DNA of 62,984 bases, the filler included, from Folioceros fuciformis (taxonomy: Eukaryota): NCBI GenBank assembly GCA_049999805.1. It is 9 parts of 9 records of this genome, joined end to end, with 100 filler letters (N's around TTAATTAATTAA, not from the genome) between each part and the next. Parts side by side here need not be neighbours in the genome. Positions count along the whole stretch, not along the records: positions 31,672 to 45,521 come from JBNGIO010002846.1; positions 45,622 to 48,498 come from JBNGIO010002848.1; positions 48,599 to 54,369 come from JBNGIO010002849.1; 6 more parts are not named here. The stretch is one strand, 5' to 3'. Both the position numbers and the translations under genes were made by a program. Positions 38,151 to 50,751 of this stretch are shown here, in pieces. Position 1 is the first letter of the stretch; each line of letters opens with the position of its first letter. The notes under the pieces are model-generated. The model was not told the DNA's origin. It searched no databases and saw only the letters and a list, made by a program, of their open reading frames with translations.

Positions 38151-38472
38151 CATGGCATCAAACGTAATGTTGAGCATCACAGCTGCATGATTGAACATAG
38201 AACCGGAGAGCAGAACATGTGCTTCGCACAACTGTCCCTCCGTGTTCAGGCATGGCATCAAACGTAATGTTGAGCATCACAGCTGCATGATTGAACATAG
38301 AACCGGAGAGCAGAACATGTGCTTAGCACAACTGTCCCTCCGTGTTCAGTAATGTTGAGCATCACACCTGCATGATTGAACATAGCATCAAACGTAATGT
38401 TGAGCATCACAGCTGCATGATTGAACATAGAACCGGAGAGCAAAACATGTGCTTCGCACAACTGTCCCTCCG
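38151..38472. repeat. ~100-bp tandem repeat upstream of OBERON
   Basis: CATCAAACGTAATGTTGAGCATCACAGCTGCATGATTGAACATAGAACCGGAGAGC three times plus a partial copy. Confidence 0.9.
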
Positions 38473-38959
38473 CTGACCACGAAGAGCAAGCGAAGAGTCA
38501 ACACACCTCCACAAAGTATGCAGACCAAACGTGAGCAGCATCTCATTGCTCAGTCAATAGTGCAATCACGTGCTAATCTTGCACACTCTTCCTCTTCACC
38601 GCATCCAACAAACACATAGAACCACTATGCAGCACTCATGTTCTCAAGATACAACACGCAACATGATCTTGCATCATCTTCCTGTGTCCCTCAACGTGAC
38701 TACGGACTTCATCAAGCTCGGGCCAATCTTGTTAGCAATGGCTCCTTTGTCAGACAACAAGAGAGCTTTCTCCTTCACCGCACTTTCTAGATCCTTCATG
38801 GAGCTCTCCAATTTCTTCTCCTCTTGCACAAGAAGGGTTATGAATTTGGTAAAACGGGAGGTGAACAAACATGTTCGATCCTTCAAACATCATCCATGAG
38901 CGGGTGGAGCATGAACTAAATTAAAGGAGAGCATGTACACACATATCTAAGAAGTAAGA

Positions 38960-41900
38960 ATGCAAAGTGTGTTAAATTATGAGCATGTGCAAATGTATTA
39001 AATGAGTTTGTTAGGATCTTGTCTCTTAGCTTGATGCCTATTCAGAAAGACGAGCTTCATTAAATGAACCAGTTTCACACACCTCCCTTGAAGCGAGATG
39101 ATTTGAATCGTCACAAATCGACGAGTCTTAATTTCGAACACAAGCTCTCATGTTTGATCTTCCCCAAGGGCTTGGTAAGAATGTCGGTGAGCTAGTCTTC
39201 AGTAGATATACACTTCAACACTAGCACTCCTAAGTTCACTTTAAGGCGAAGGAAGTGATAGCATACTTCTATGTGTTTGGATATTTCATGAAACCTCATA
39301 TCTTTCGAGAGAGCTATGGTAGCTGTATTATCACACATTGGTTCCAATAGGCCTTCTTGTGGGTAACCAAAGTCTCGAAGGAGCAAAATGATCCATAGTC
39401 TTTCCTTGGCGGCTGAGACAGCTGCAATGTATTCAGATTCAGCTGAACTCTGTGCAATCAAGGTTTTTTTCTTTGACTTCCAGCTCACACGCCCCCCTGC
39501 AAGCATGAACACATAGACACTTGTGGATTTTCAAGAGTCTGGATCTCTTGCATAGTCTGCATCAATCCAACCTATAAGCTTGATGGTAGCATGAGGACCT
39601 CCTTTGTATTGAATTTCACGGAATCTCATTCGCTGAAGGTATCTAAGAATTCGTTTAGTAGCCACCCAATGTAACTTTCCAGGATTGGACAAAAACTGAG
39701 AAACATGACCATTAGGACACGCTACACCTAGTTTAGTGTATTGAGCTAAATGCTGAACACTGCCAACTACACCTACATACCGAACTGATTGCATCTTAGT
39801 AGCGTCTTTATCTTGTTGAGGTGACATTACTTTGCTCAGTCTTGGACTTGTTTGCATGGATGTGTCTATGGGTTTACAATTGGACATTGCATACTTAGAA
39901 ATAAGTCAATAAGTTAGAAATGTATGTACCCTAATACAAGATGATGGTATGATTAGATGGATTCTATATAACCTAAATGCCAAGGCAATGTGACATGCTT
40001 CTATTGTCAGTCATTTTAAACTCTTTTCGAAGAGCAGATTTGCACCCCTCCAAGTACTTTTCATCATTGGAAACCATGATCAGGTCATCCACATAGAGAC
40101 CCATCGTAAGTATATGCTCCCCTTGTTTTCTGTGAAGATGCTAGAGTCTACATAACTTTTAGCATAATCCAGTTTAGCATAATCCAGGCTGAGTAAATGC
40201 TGAAGGAAACGCTCATACCAACCTCTCAAAGACTGCTTCAATCCATAGAGAGTTTTCTTAAGAAGGCAGACCTTGGACTCTTGGCCTTTCACTTCATATC
40301 CTGGAGGTTGTTGTACGTAGATTTCTTCTTTTAAGATTCCATGGAGAAATGCGGTCTCCACATCTGGCTGATAGATAACAAGACCATAGAGTGTAGCTAG
40401 GGCTATCATCACACGAAGAGAGGTGAGTTCAACTATCAGACTGAAAATATTGGATTCAGAGTAGTCAACTCCACTCTGTTGTGTGAATCCCCTTGCTATG
40501 AGTCTGGTCTTGAACCTAGCTAGGGATCCATCTGCATTGTACTTCTTCCTCATGACCTATTTGCTGCCTACTATGTTTCAGCCTTTTGGTGGATCAACCA
40601 AGGTCCATGTCTTGTTACAAATCAAGGATTGATATTCATTGTCCATTGCCTGTTTCCAGGAGTTGGATTCGGGTCCTGCTAGTGCTTTCTTAGCAGGAAC
40701 AATGTCAACAATGAAGAGACCGTGTAGACCTCTGTGCCTACACGGCCATAGTCTACATGACCTCAGGGCCTTTAGTCAAAGTGTGAAATTTCATAATCTC
40801 TTTTATGACAAAACACAAGGCCTTTCTGCACATGGTCTACACTCAGGGCCTTTGACTATGGCCGTGTAGACCGTGTAAACCCTCTTTCTTCATCAAAGAT
40901 AACATTCTGGGCCAACGTAAAACTGCGGGTTTGGCGATTCTAGAGCCGGTAACATTTGATGCTAGCATCTTCCCCATATCCGACGAAGGTAAGTGGGATT
41001 GAGCGAGGATCAAGTTTCTTGCAAATCTTTGGCAGGACATACTTGTAAGTTATGTAGCCAAAGATCCGAAGATTATTGACAGTAGGTTTCCGCCCCATCC
41101 AAATTTCATAAGATGTTTTGTCATCAATAGTAAAAGTGCCACAACGATTCTTACGTAGCAGACACAAGTAGCAACCTCTGCCCACAGGTAATTAGGGAGT
41201 CCATCAATGTGAAAAGAGCTATGAACACCGTCCACAATGAAGCGATGGTGGCGCTCAATCTTACCCAATTGTTGGTGTGAATATGGGACTATCTTTTGGT
41301 GTTAGATCCCATGGAAGAGGAAATGTCCCTCACAAAGGGGTGTGGTGAGTTCTTCTACATTGTTAGTGCAAAAAATCTTAATCTTCAGTCTAGTATGGTT
41401 CTCTACATAAGCTTGGAACGTCTTGAAAATAGGGAAACACCTTGGATTTGTGTTTGAGGAAATAAAGGTGTGTCCAGTAACTAAAATCATCATAGGTCTA
41501 CAAAGGTCAATATACACCAATTGAAGGACACAGGATGTTTTGGTATGTGATCTAGGGTAAGGCTAGCTAGTTTGTTTACCTACGACATAGCCAAGACATA
41601 GAGGCAAATCTTCTAATTGAGGAGGTAACCCTGAAACCATATTTCTAGCAGACATCCACTTCATTCCCTGCAAATGTAAGTAGGCTAAGCATAAATGCCA
41701 TAAAGTAGTTGTAGCATCTGCAGCTACTAAACTATTTGTGGTTTGCATTGTACTAAGGGACTTAGGCAAGATGCCTGAAGCCACAGAAAATAACTAGCCA
41801 CTATGAGCATAAAGCAATGCACTAACTGCACAGGGGAGAGTCTCGAGGAGATCTGACATCCTTTATGTGTGAAGGTAATCCTACTATTTGGAGATTTAGT

Positions 41901-42863
41901 GGTTTGCATAACTGACAACAAATTGTGTGTCAATGCAGGAACGTACAAGATGTCTTTGATGAAAGCTACATGATTTTGTAGCTGCACTTTGACCACAGTG
42001 GTCAAAGGGGAGTGACTCCCTTACCAACAACCATATGTAGAGAGCTTTCGCTCATGTAGATGGGTTGAGGAGCAGGCAGAGTGGTATACTGGAAGAACCA
42101 ATCTCTTCTAGGAGACATATGTTTCGTTGCTCCACTATTAAAGAGCCACATATCTTGGGAAGGCTATTTAGAATTCAAGTTTCCAGGCAGAGCAGTGAAG
42201 ATGTAGGAAGGGCCTTGTCCAACTTGTGTAGTGTTAACTGAAGCTGGTGTTGAATTATGGTTGTGAATCCTTGCAACTTTGTCCTGTTTCTTTTTCCTAT
42301 AGCTAGGTGCTTTGTCACGTGGTTTTTGACAATAGTGACATGTCTTATTCTTATGTGCAGGATTATTAGGAAGAGGACGGTGAGTTCCTCGAGAAGTAGA
42401 AGTAGAGGGTTTGATAGTTTGATTCCAGCTTTTCTTACTACCAACAAGGAGAGCAAAGATATTCCCAAGGGTACTGGATGAGTTGTTACCTTGTCTCAAT
42501 CTAGCTTCATGCATGATTCTGCTGATTAATGTAGTTAGATTTAAAGGATTACTAGCTAACATACTACTAGTTTGTGCAGTGATAAAATTGCCCTAGAGGG
42601 AGGCAAGGCTCTCAAAATGTGCATAACCTGTGTCTCATCATCCATTATTAGTCATGAGGAGATTACTGAATCTAAGGAGCCTTGCCATGACTTTAGAAAA
42701 TCTAGAATTGAATGTCCTTCAGGCAATTTCAGGGATTCTAGTTGTTCCTTGGCATACAACTTAAAGCCATGCTACCCTCTACATAGTAGATTTGTCCCAC
42801 ATTTCTTTGGATGTTTTCAGCTTTTGATTATAGGGATTAATCTATCTCCTACATGCAAGAGTA
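38960..42863 (-). mobile_element. Ty1/copia element E (gag to RNase H, PPT near 39080), decayed
   Basis: CHYCQKP knuckle, [43 protein letters not shown]; left boundary approximate. Confidence 0.9.
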
Positions 42864-45281
42864 TGTCTGAATGGGCTTGCGCATCTTTGAGTAGCCATGC
42901 AGGTAAGTCAGCGTGACCTGTTGATGGGGCTGCTGACAAGGTAAGTTAGCGTGACCCCACGTTGCAAGCCACTCCACAAGCATTCAGCCTGAGATAGTGC
43001 TCCAAGACACACCTCATTCACAAAGCTACCGACTCCCTCTGGGCTCCCGGCTTTCACGTCTCAAGTGTCCTGAACGAAGTGAGCAGGGGGAGGATGTCCG
43101 ACTGACCGGCACAAGAACCAGCTACGGGACGAACCATTATTGTTATGTGATTGCTCTTCCTCACTGTGTGTGATGGCTTATCGCTCTTCTTCCCCTGTTT
43201 TGTACTATAATGAAGTGACAGTCCAAGACCATAGCTGAACCGTCACCAACAACTCTACATCCAAGAGGCATCAACCATACACACCAACCGACGCATCTGT
43301 TTGCATAGCACCCTGCACAGACGCAAGAACCAGCATGAACACTAAACGCTGTAATTAATTCTTAGACCGAATGAAAACATGAATATATCTGAAACATTTC
43401 CCATGGTATCAGAGCAAAGTAATCATGCACCGTGATGAAAAGCTTTGTTGTGCAACACTAGCGTGCTTGAAACACCTGGTGGCTGGAAGCCATGGGTTGA
43501 AATAGGGGAAGCCCCATGCCCAAGGCACCGCCATATGAGGAATATAGTCTCCCCGCTCCCCAATCCCCCGTAGAGGCTACAATCTACAACCACCGAAGAT
43601 GTTAGTACTACATCCCACTGAGAGCATCAAATAACACAACGATAAACCTGCTACAAAAGCTCCATCAGATTGAAAACAAGCTTCACATCGAGACCCATCT
43701 GCTATGTGACCTCATGGGCGCTATATACAGGGAACTGAACGAACTAAGATGCGAACTGAATGCTTCGCAAGCCAAACCAATTAGTTCCTCACCATCTCGC
43801 AAGAACCCTATAAGATCAAGCTGAAGCCCAAGACTTGCGTGAAATCTTGACACCATGTCAAGAGCCTGTAGAGGAGCTGGTGGAGGAACCGCTCAACCAA
43901 ACCCTACATACCACAACAGCTTCCGCATCGAAATAAAGGAAAGAGACACATTCATTGGCACTGATTACGATGTGTGGTCTACCAGGATGAGAGGGTACCT
44001 TGAAGATGCCGATCTGTGGACAATAGTTGATGGATCGCTCCCATGCCCTACCTCCACAGGTCCAGACCTTGATCAGTGGAATAAATCTGACAAGAAAGCT
44101 AGAAACCTTTTAATCGCAGGACTTGATAAGGACATGTTGCACCACATCTTTGGTGCACCCACATCATACACTATCTAGGAGCGCTTCAGCCAGATGTATG
44201 AAGCAACCGACCCGTAGCACGTTGCTACAGCGACAAGGAACTTTCACCTCCTTAAATATAAGGATGGTGATAGCATCCACACACATTTGAGCACCTTCCG
44301 AACCCTAAGAGCAAGACTGGCTTCCTATGGCACAACCCTCACGGAGCCTGAGGCGGCCATAGCCCTCCTCATGACCCTACCACAAAGCTGGCGTACTTTC
44401 ATAGCTACATAGAACGGCCTAATGAAGCAGTCACAACAAGCAAAGAAATTAAATCTTGGAGACGAGATGACCCTCTCAAAGGTCATAGCGGCCGTCATTG
44501 AGGAGGACTCTACCAGGGGATCCTCTAGAAGCGCAAGCGCTGCCCTGGGACATGCCTTGTTCATCTTGAGGCCCAATGGGCAAAGACAGACAAGAAGCAG
44601 AAACTGGCAAAGCAGGAAGGGAGGAGGAAGCTCGTCTTCTCCAGTCTTTGCTAATCCTCGTCGAAAGGGGAGCTGCAACTGGTGCAGAAAATTAGGGCAC
44701 TATGAGCGAGAGTGCCGAAGCAAACAAGTGGGCGAACCAAGAAGGCTCGGTCCCCAAAGCGCTCACGTTGTACAGAGAGCACTAACAATACTCATCACTG
44801 CTCTCTCATTTGGCAACGATAGCTGCTCCTCATGGTATCTAGATAGCGGTGCCTCCGCTCACATATGTAAGGATCGTAGTTGCTTCTACACCTACATACC
44901 ACTGCATGAGGAAGGGCTGATCTATGTTGCAAACAACAAGACCTTAAATGTGCTTGGCACAGGCACAGTTACACTAACATGCAAGACTGGTGGCACCATA
45001 ACTTTGACAGATGTGCTTCATGTACCCAAGGTAGGAAAGAACCTTGTCTTCATTAGCAGTATGATATGATCAGCAACACGAGGTACACTTCAAGGCTCAA
45101 AAGTGTGAGATCTCCCTGTATGACAAGCCCCTTGCGGTTATTTGCCGCGGAGAGAAAGAGGATCAACTCTACACTCTCGAAGCAACTGCAACCCTCGGAT
45201 TAGCCCAATTGGCTCGGACCTCAAACAAAGCTGAAGTAACAAAGCTATGGCATCTGCGCTTGGGCCACCTCAATCTGAAGT
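42864..45281 (+). mobile_element. Ty1/copia element F 5' half (LTR ~42864-43403, PBS-Met 43404-43415, gag, protease), inserted in element E
   Basis: CA-TGGTATCAGAGC; DYDVWSTRMRGYLEDADLW, CNWCRKLGHYEREC, WYLDSGASAHIC, LWHLRLGHLN. Confidence 0.9.
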
Positions 45282-45521
45282 TGTAGAGGAAAAAAACTAT
45301 CCAGACTCCCATTTTGAAGAACAGAATGAACAAGTTGTGTTTTTTTTTGTGAAGATACGAATGAATCGGCTTAGTATGGAAATAATACTGGGGCATTTAT
45401 ACCCAAAGGGCTCCTTGGCCTTGGTGATTTGATGGGATTGAGTGATGGGACTAATGGGAAGTGTGGGCGAGGGTGTCCTTGGTCCTTGGGAGTGATGGGG
45501 CCACTCAGGTGTCTATATATG
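45282..45521. mobile_element. Terminus of a second member of the 10270-14934 family, cut by the contig end
   Basis: TGTAGAGGAAAAAAACT...ACTCCCATTTTGA...ACAGAATGA...AATCGGCTTAGTATG...GAGGGTG...TATATAT aligns by eye with 10270-10506. Confidence 0.85.
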
Positions 45522-45621
45522 NNNNNNNNNNNNNNNNNNNNNNNNNNNNNNNNNNNNNNNNNNNNTTAATTAATTAANNNNNNNNNNNNNNNNNNNNNNN
45601 NNNNNNNNNNNNNNNNNNNNN

Positions 45622-47694
45622 GAGGGCTTGGGGGTTCTGGTGCAGATGGACGGTTACGTGTCCACTTCTCTCTGCTATGCTGTGCTGAAGGGATGTGGGG
45701 ACGAGAAGGACCTTGTTCTTGGTCGTCGCGTGCATGGTTTGGCTGTGGAAATGGGCTACCAGTCGGACACGTTCCTGTGCAACCACATCCTGCGACTGTA
45801 CGCTTCTCATGGCAGGTTGCAGGAGGCGATGGATGTGTTCACCGTGGTGGGGAAGCCTGATGCCTTCATGTGGTCTTCCGTCATTGACGCACATGTTAAG
45901 CATGGAGAGGACAAGCAGGCCATAGAACTGTATCATGGGATGCGCCTGTCGGATGTGAAGCCCGACGGCCATGTGTTTGTGGCTGCCCTGCAGGCTTGTG
46001 CAAGGGGAACAAACTTGAAAGCGGGGCAGCAGGTGCATGCTGATTTCATAGCTAGTGGCGTCGAGCCTGATTTGTTCGTTTCTAGTTGTTTGGTGGACAT
46101 GTATGCAAAGTGTGGCAGCTTGGCAGAGGCTCGAATAGTGTTTGATGGACTTGGAAGAAAAAATGTGGTGACCTGGACTGCTTTAATTGCAGGATATTCT
46201 CAGCAGGGCATGGGGCAGGAGGCACTTCGTCTCCACATTGCTATGCAAGAAGAGGGCCTGGCTGTACCCAATTCTGTCACATTCGTGTGTCTCCTGCAGG
46301 CATGCGCAAGTGTAGGCATCTCAGCTCTGGCGAAGGGGAAGCAGCTGCACGAGCAGATTAGAGATCGAAGACTTCAAGGTGATTCGCTTGTAGCCAACAG
46401 TTTGGTGAACATGTATGTGAAGTGTGGCAGCCTAGAGGATGCTCAGAGAGTGTTTGACGGACTTGCTCAAAAAGATGTGGTAGCATGGACTGCACTCATT
46501 GCTGGCTACTCCCAGCAGGGTATGGGCCAACAAGCCCTTCATCTCTACTGCCTTATGCAAGAAGAAGGCATCACTTTACCCAGTTCCGTGACATTTGTGT
46601 GCCTCCTGCAGGCGTGCGCAAGTGTGGGAACCTCGGCTCTGGAGATGGGAAAGCAGCTTCATGCCCAGATCAGGGAACAAGGACATCATGCTGAGGTGTT
46701 TGTGTCCAGCAGTTTGGTGAACATGTACACAAAGTGTGGCAGCCTGCAGGATGCTCAGAATGTTTTTGACAGGCTTGCTCAAAAAGACGTGGTGACATGG
46801 ACTGCTCTAATTGCAGGATATTCTCAGCAGGGCATGGGCCAGAAAGCCCTTCGTCTCTACAGTGATATGCAAAACGATGGCATAGCTTTAGCTGATTCTG
46901 TGACGTTTGCCTGCCTCCTGCAAGCATGTGCGGAAGTGGCAGCTTTGCACTTAGGTAGGCAACTGCATGTACAGATTGAAGAGCAAGGGCTTCTAGCTGA
47001 TCCGGTTTTGGCTCACAGCTTGATCAACATGTATGGGAAGTCAGGCAGCATCGTTGATGCACAGCAAGTGTTCGATGCGTTGCTTGAAAGGGATGTGTTC
47101 GCGTGGAGTAGCCTGATTGCAGGGTATGCTTGTCAAGGAGACAGTGAGGTCGTCTTCGACTTGGTCCTCAGAATGAGAGAGGACGGGATAATGCCTGTGG
47201 GCATCACATATATCAGTCTCCTAACAGTGTGCAGTCACGCGGGTCTCGTCAACGAGGGGCTCGAATACTTTAGAGCTATGAGCGGACAATTTGGCATCAG
47301 TCCCACAGTGGAGCACTACACTTGCATGGTGGACCTGCTGGGTCGCGCAGGCAGACTGGATGAGGCACTAGGTTTGGTGAGGACAATGCCTGTGCCACCT
47401 AATAGCGCAATTTGGAGCACTCTGATGAGTGCTTGTAGAAAGTGGGGCAACTTGGAGGTGGGACTCCATATTTTCGAAGAATCAATGAACATGGACATGA
47501 AAGATGCTGCAGCATATGTTTTGATGTCCAACATTTACACTGGTGCCCGGATGTGGGAGCAGGCAGAGGAGTTGCAGGCCAGGAGGAAAAGTAACAGGGC
47601 CTGGAAGCATCCAGGGCGGAGCTGGTGGACCGACTTGGAGGGGCGCGTGCACACTTTCTCGGTTGGAGTTAGCAAGCGATCAAACGTCCATTGA
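45622..47694 (+). CDS. PLS-class PPR protein, E+ type with WW-type PG box (5' partial)
   Basis: Uninterrupted P-L-S triplets, P2-L2-S2, E1/E2, then KHPGRSWWTDLEGRVHTFSVG and stop; no HxE/CxxC. Confidence 0.95.
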   Translation, partial: EGLGVLVQMDGYVSTSLCYAVLKGCGDEKDLVLGRRVHGLAVEMGYQSDTFLCNHILRLYASHGRLQEAMDVFTVVGKPDAFMWSSVIDAHVKHGEDKQAIELYHGMRLSDVKPDGHVFVAALQACARGTNLKAGQQVHADFIASGVEPDLFVSSCLVDMYAKCGSLAEARIVFDGLGRKNVVTWTALIAGYSQQGMGQEALRLHIAMQEEGLAVPNSVTFVCLLQACASVGISALAKGKQLHEQIRDRRLQGDSLVANSLVNMYVKCGSLEDAQRVFDGLAQKDVVAWTALIAGYSQQGMGQQALHLYCLMQEEGITLPSSVTFVCLLQACASVGTSALEMGKQLHAQIREQGHHAEVFVSSSLVNMYTKCGSLQDAQNVFDRLAQKDVVTWTALIAGYSQQGMGQKALRLYSDMQNDGIALADSVTFACLLQACAEVAALHLGRQLHVQIEEQGLLADPVLAHSLINMYGKSGSIVDAQQVFDALLERDVFAWSSLIAGYACQGDSEVVFDLVLRMREDGIMPVGITYISLLTVCSHAGLVNEGLEYFRAMSGQFGISPTVEHYTCMVDLLGRAGRLDEALGLVRTMPVPPNSAIWSTLMSACRKWGNLEVGLHIFEESMNMDMKDAAAYVLMSNIYTGARMWEQAEELQARRKSNRAWKHPGRSWWTDLEGRVHTFSVGVSKRSNVH

Positions 47695-47929
47695 TAAAGT
47701 TAAAAGACACTGTGGCGTCCCGTACCGCCTGACCTCCCGTCTTCTTGTCTTTAGATATCGTGCTTGTCGAAAAAGACGTGTAAAGCTGTCGATGTGGGAT
47801 CTATGATGTCAGCACACCCCTGTACCGGTCGAATTGGACGGAGAGTTGTATGCAAGAAATAATTATATGGTGAAAGTGATATTTTATACCTTTCATGAGT
47901 TGAAGTATGTAATGGAATAGTTCAAGTAT

Positions 47930-48498
47930 ATAATCGAATAAAAGTGTATGATAAGGAATGGTTTATAAATCGAATGAAAGTGTATGATAAGGAATGGTTT
48001 ATAAGTTTATGTATATACCCCATATTGATTGACAAGTATTTGTCACATTTGTATAAAACAATAAGGAATGGTTTATAAGTTTATGTATATACCCCATATT
48101 GATTGACAAGTATTTGTCACATTTGTATAAAACAATAACATCACTTACTATTAATAATCGCTCTGATACCATGTTGGAGTTCAAGTTTCCATGACACATG
48201 GTGGATATGTGGGCTCCTTCATGGCATTAGAGTGAGATTTTTAACAAATATTTTATTTAATATGAGTTGAATATTATTATCTTTGTTATTCCTATTTTTT
48301 AACCTTCATCCATTTGTTAAGTAATTTCTTTAGTATACTTGTCACAAACAACTAGTATCTAAACTCTTTGGAACTTCATATTCAAAACTTATGTGAGTTA
48401 ATTATTTCTTATGTATATCTATTTCTAAATATTTGTAATTATATTCATGAAAATTATATATACAATTATGTACTATGTACATAATGATTTTTTTTTTC
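47930..48498 (-). mobile_element. AT-rich LTR element remnant: PBS-Met (48160-48171), LTR part and non-coding tandem duplications
   Basis: GCTCTGATACCA followed by TG; 33-bp and 75-bp direct duplications at 47930-48137. Confidence 0.6.
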
Positions 48499-50751
48499 NN
48501 NNNNNNNNNNNNNNNNNNNNNNNNNNNNNNNNNNNNNNNNNNTTAATTAATTAANNNNNNNNNNNNNNNNNNNNNNNNNNNNNNNNNNNNNNNNNNNNAC
48601 CCTCAACCCCGCCTCATTTTTCTTGCGGACCAGAGAACAACCGGGAGGTGAAGAATGGGGGAACGAGAGTCGGTGGACACCGCTTCTCCGGGCGGGAGCG
48701 AGGACGAGCGCCTGGAATGTGCCCGCGGCAGTGGCGGCCATGAAACCCGAGCTGGAGGTCCCGGTCACAGTGCCTGCGCCTGCCATGGCCAGCGGCAGCC
48801 CGGGACGCAGGCCTGAAAAGCGGCAGCAGCACCCCTACCAGAGATGGCCAGCCGGCCGCATGGCTGCCGAGCAGGCGGCACCCAAACAGGCAGACAGATG
48901 CAGCCAGGCCACTACGGAGGCGCAAGGTCCAGCACGCACCAGGTCTCAACCTGGCTCAACCAGCCTAAGCCGATAGAGGCGGCACTCGTCATCCACTTTC
49001 GTACCATGTACCCAATTCATTACTTGTTTTTGTCATTCCCTTATTTGTAGCATTTTGTACCATTTCATACAATTAAATCTTTTTGCAATAATCCTTTTCA
49101 ACTACCTAGTGTATCATAATGACGAGCAATCACCTATCTTCTTCGTGTAAACGATTCATTCGACATTAATTCACTTATTATATTCCTCTAATCCTGATGC
49201 AGAAGGGTCAGGTCGCATGCGAGGTAGAACAATCCTTGGCTGATAGAACAGACCTGGAAAGAAAGCGGGGCAGGATGCAATAAAGGCAAGGACTCACAGG
49301 GCAAAGGACTAACGGCCCTGCACGTTGGAAGCGTGGGTGAACTGCCACGACAGGAGCGGGTTTAGGGTCAGGGTGGAACCCTCTGTTAACTCAGCGAGGC
49401 CCCCATATCGTGCCTACGGTGGCCCTTCCTAGTGCTCAGCTACCTCTCAGCCATCGACAGCGTGAGGAAGAAGCTCTGCACTTGTGCATCCATCAGGACG
49501 GCGTAGTAATCAAAGACCTAGAAGGTAGGTCCTGTGGATGAATTGCCACGACAGGAGCGGGTCACGGAGGAATCCTCTGCCACCTCACTGAAGGCCCCAT
49601 GCGCCACCTGCTTCGGGCCTTCCTACTGATCAGCTGCTTCTCAGCAAGGGGCCGGCAGATGAAGAAGCCCTAACCAAGCTTGTGCTTCTACGGGGAAGGC
49701 GAGCAATCGAAGACCTGGCCAACCTTGAGAGCCGCATTTTGGAGATTTTTGCGATTCCATCCAGCTCTCGGGGTGAAAGTGGAGATCACACCTCCCGACT
49801 CAAGGCCTGGCCCATGCTTCGGCACCACCTCTGAGTCCGAGCCCGAACTCCTCCAGCAACAGCAACCGCAGCTCAGATGCGTCCCCTCCGCTCCTGCCTC
49901 CAGCATCATCTGCTCCCACAGATGAGAGGGAGGAGGCGAATCGGCGTCGGAGCTAGCCACTCGTTATGTTCCCCGGAGCCCTGGCCGCCGCTCGCTGGTC
50001 AGGGCCGTAACACTGCGACAAATAGAGAACAGACTATAGATTGCCGGCAACCATGGGAGCAAGCAATTCGTGCGACCTGCACTGTCCCCTGTTACGTTTT
50101 GTCAATCTTCAACTGTACTTCGCACAAACTGCCTGCATTCAGAAAAAACGGGATGAGCACTGACACTGCAACGAGCTGCTGAGTATAGATTCTGTTCAAC
50201 ACAAAAATAATTCGGCACCTTATGACATGTAACCGAGAACGGCAGTGCTTGTAGATCCATCCCAAACATTGCAAATCCACTCCCACAGTAAGGGCTTAAG
50301 CAAGGAATTGTGATCTGGCTCTCTGTATGCCAGAATCCGCCTCGACAGAATGTGACTCTTCTCGCAGACCTGCACTGGCATCATCGACAAGCGAACCCTT
50401 GCTGGATTCAGCGGGTTGTCCAGCTTGCAAACATCATGCAGAGCTCTTGAAGTTCGACACACCCGAGTTCCTCCAAGTGTCTGCCCCGCGAACGGTCACT
50501 GTTGCCGTATCGAAACCCTTGACCGTATTCTTCGACCCCTCTCGATTTTAGTAAAATCAACTTCACAGACTACGTCTCAGATGCTGCACCATCCGTCAGT
50601 AACACCTAATGCTGCACCTTCCCGGCTTCTGACCCAGCCAACGGTGTTAGCCACCATCCGTGTCCATGTTTGGACAGGGATGAAGCTGTGCATCCACTGT
50701 CACCGCGAAATCAAAATTCTCTGACGTACACACTTGAGCACTGGTCACTTC

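Noticed and set aside
49357-49382. GGGTTTAGGG / CCCTAAACCC as a telomerase RNA template
   Set aside because: No USE/TATA at a suitable distance on the minus strand; lies in one arm of a decayed duplication
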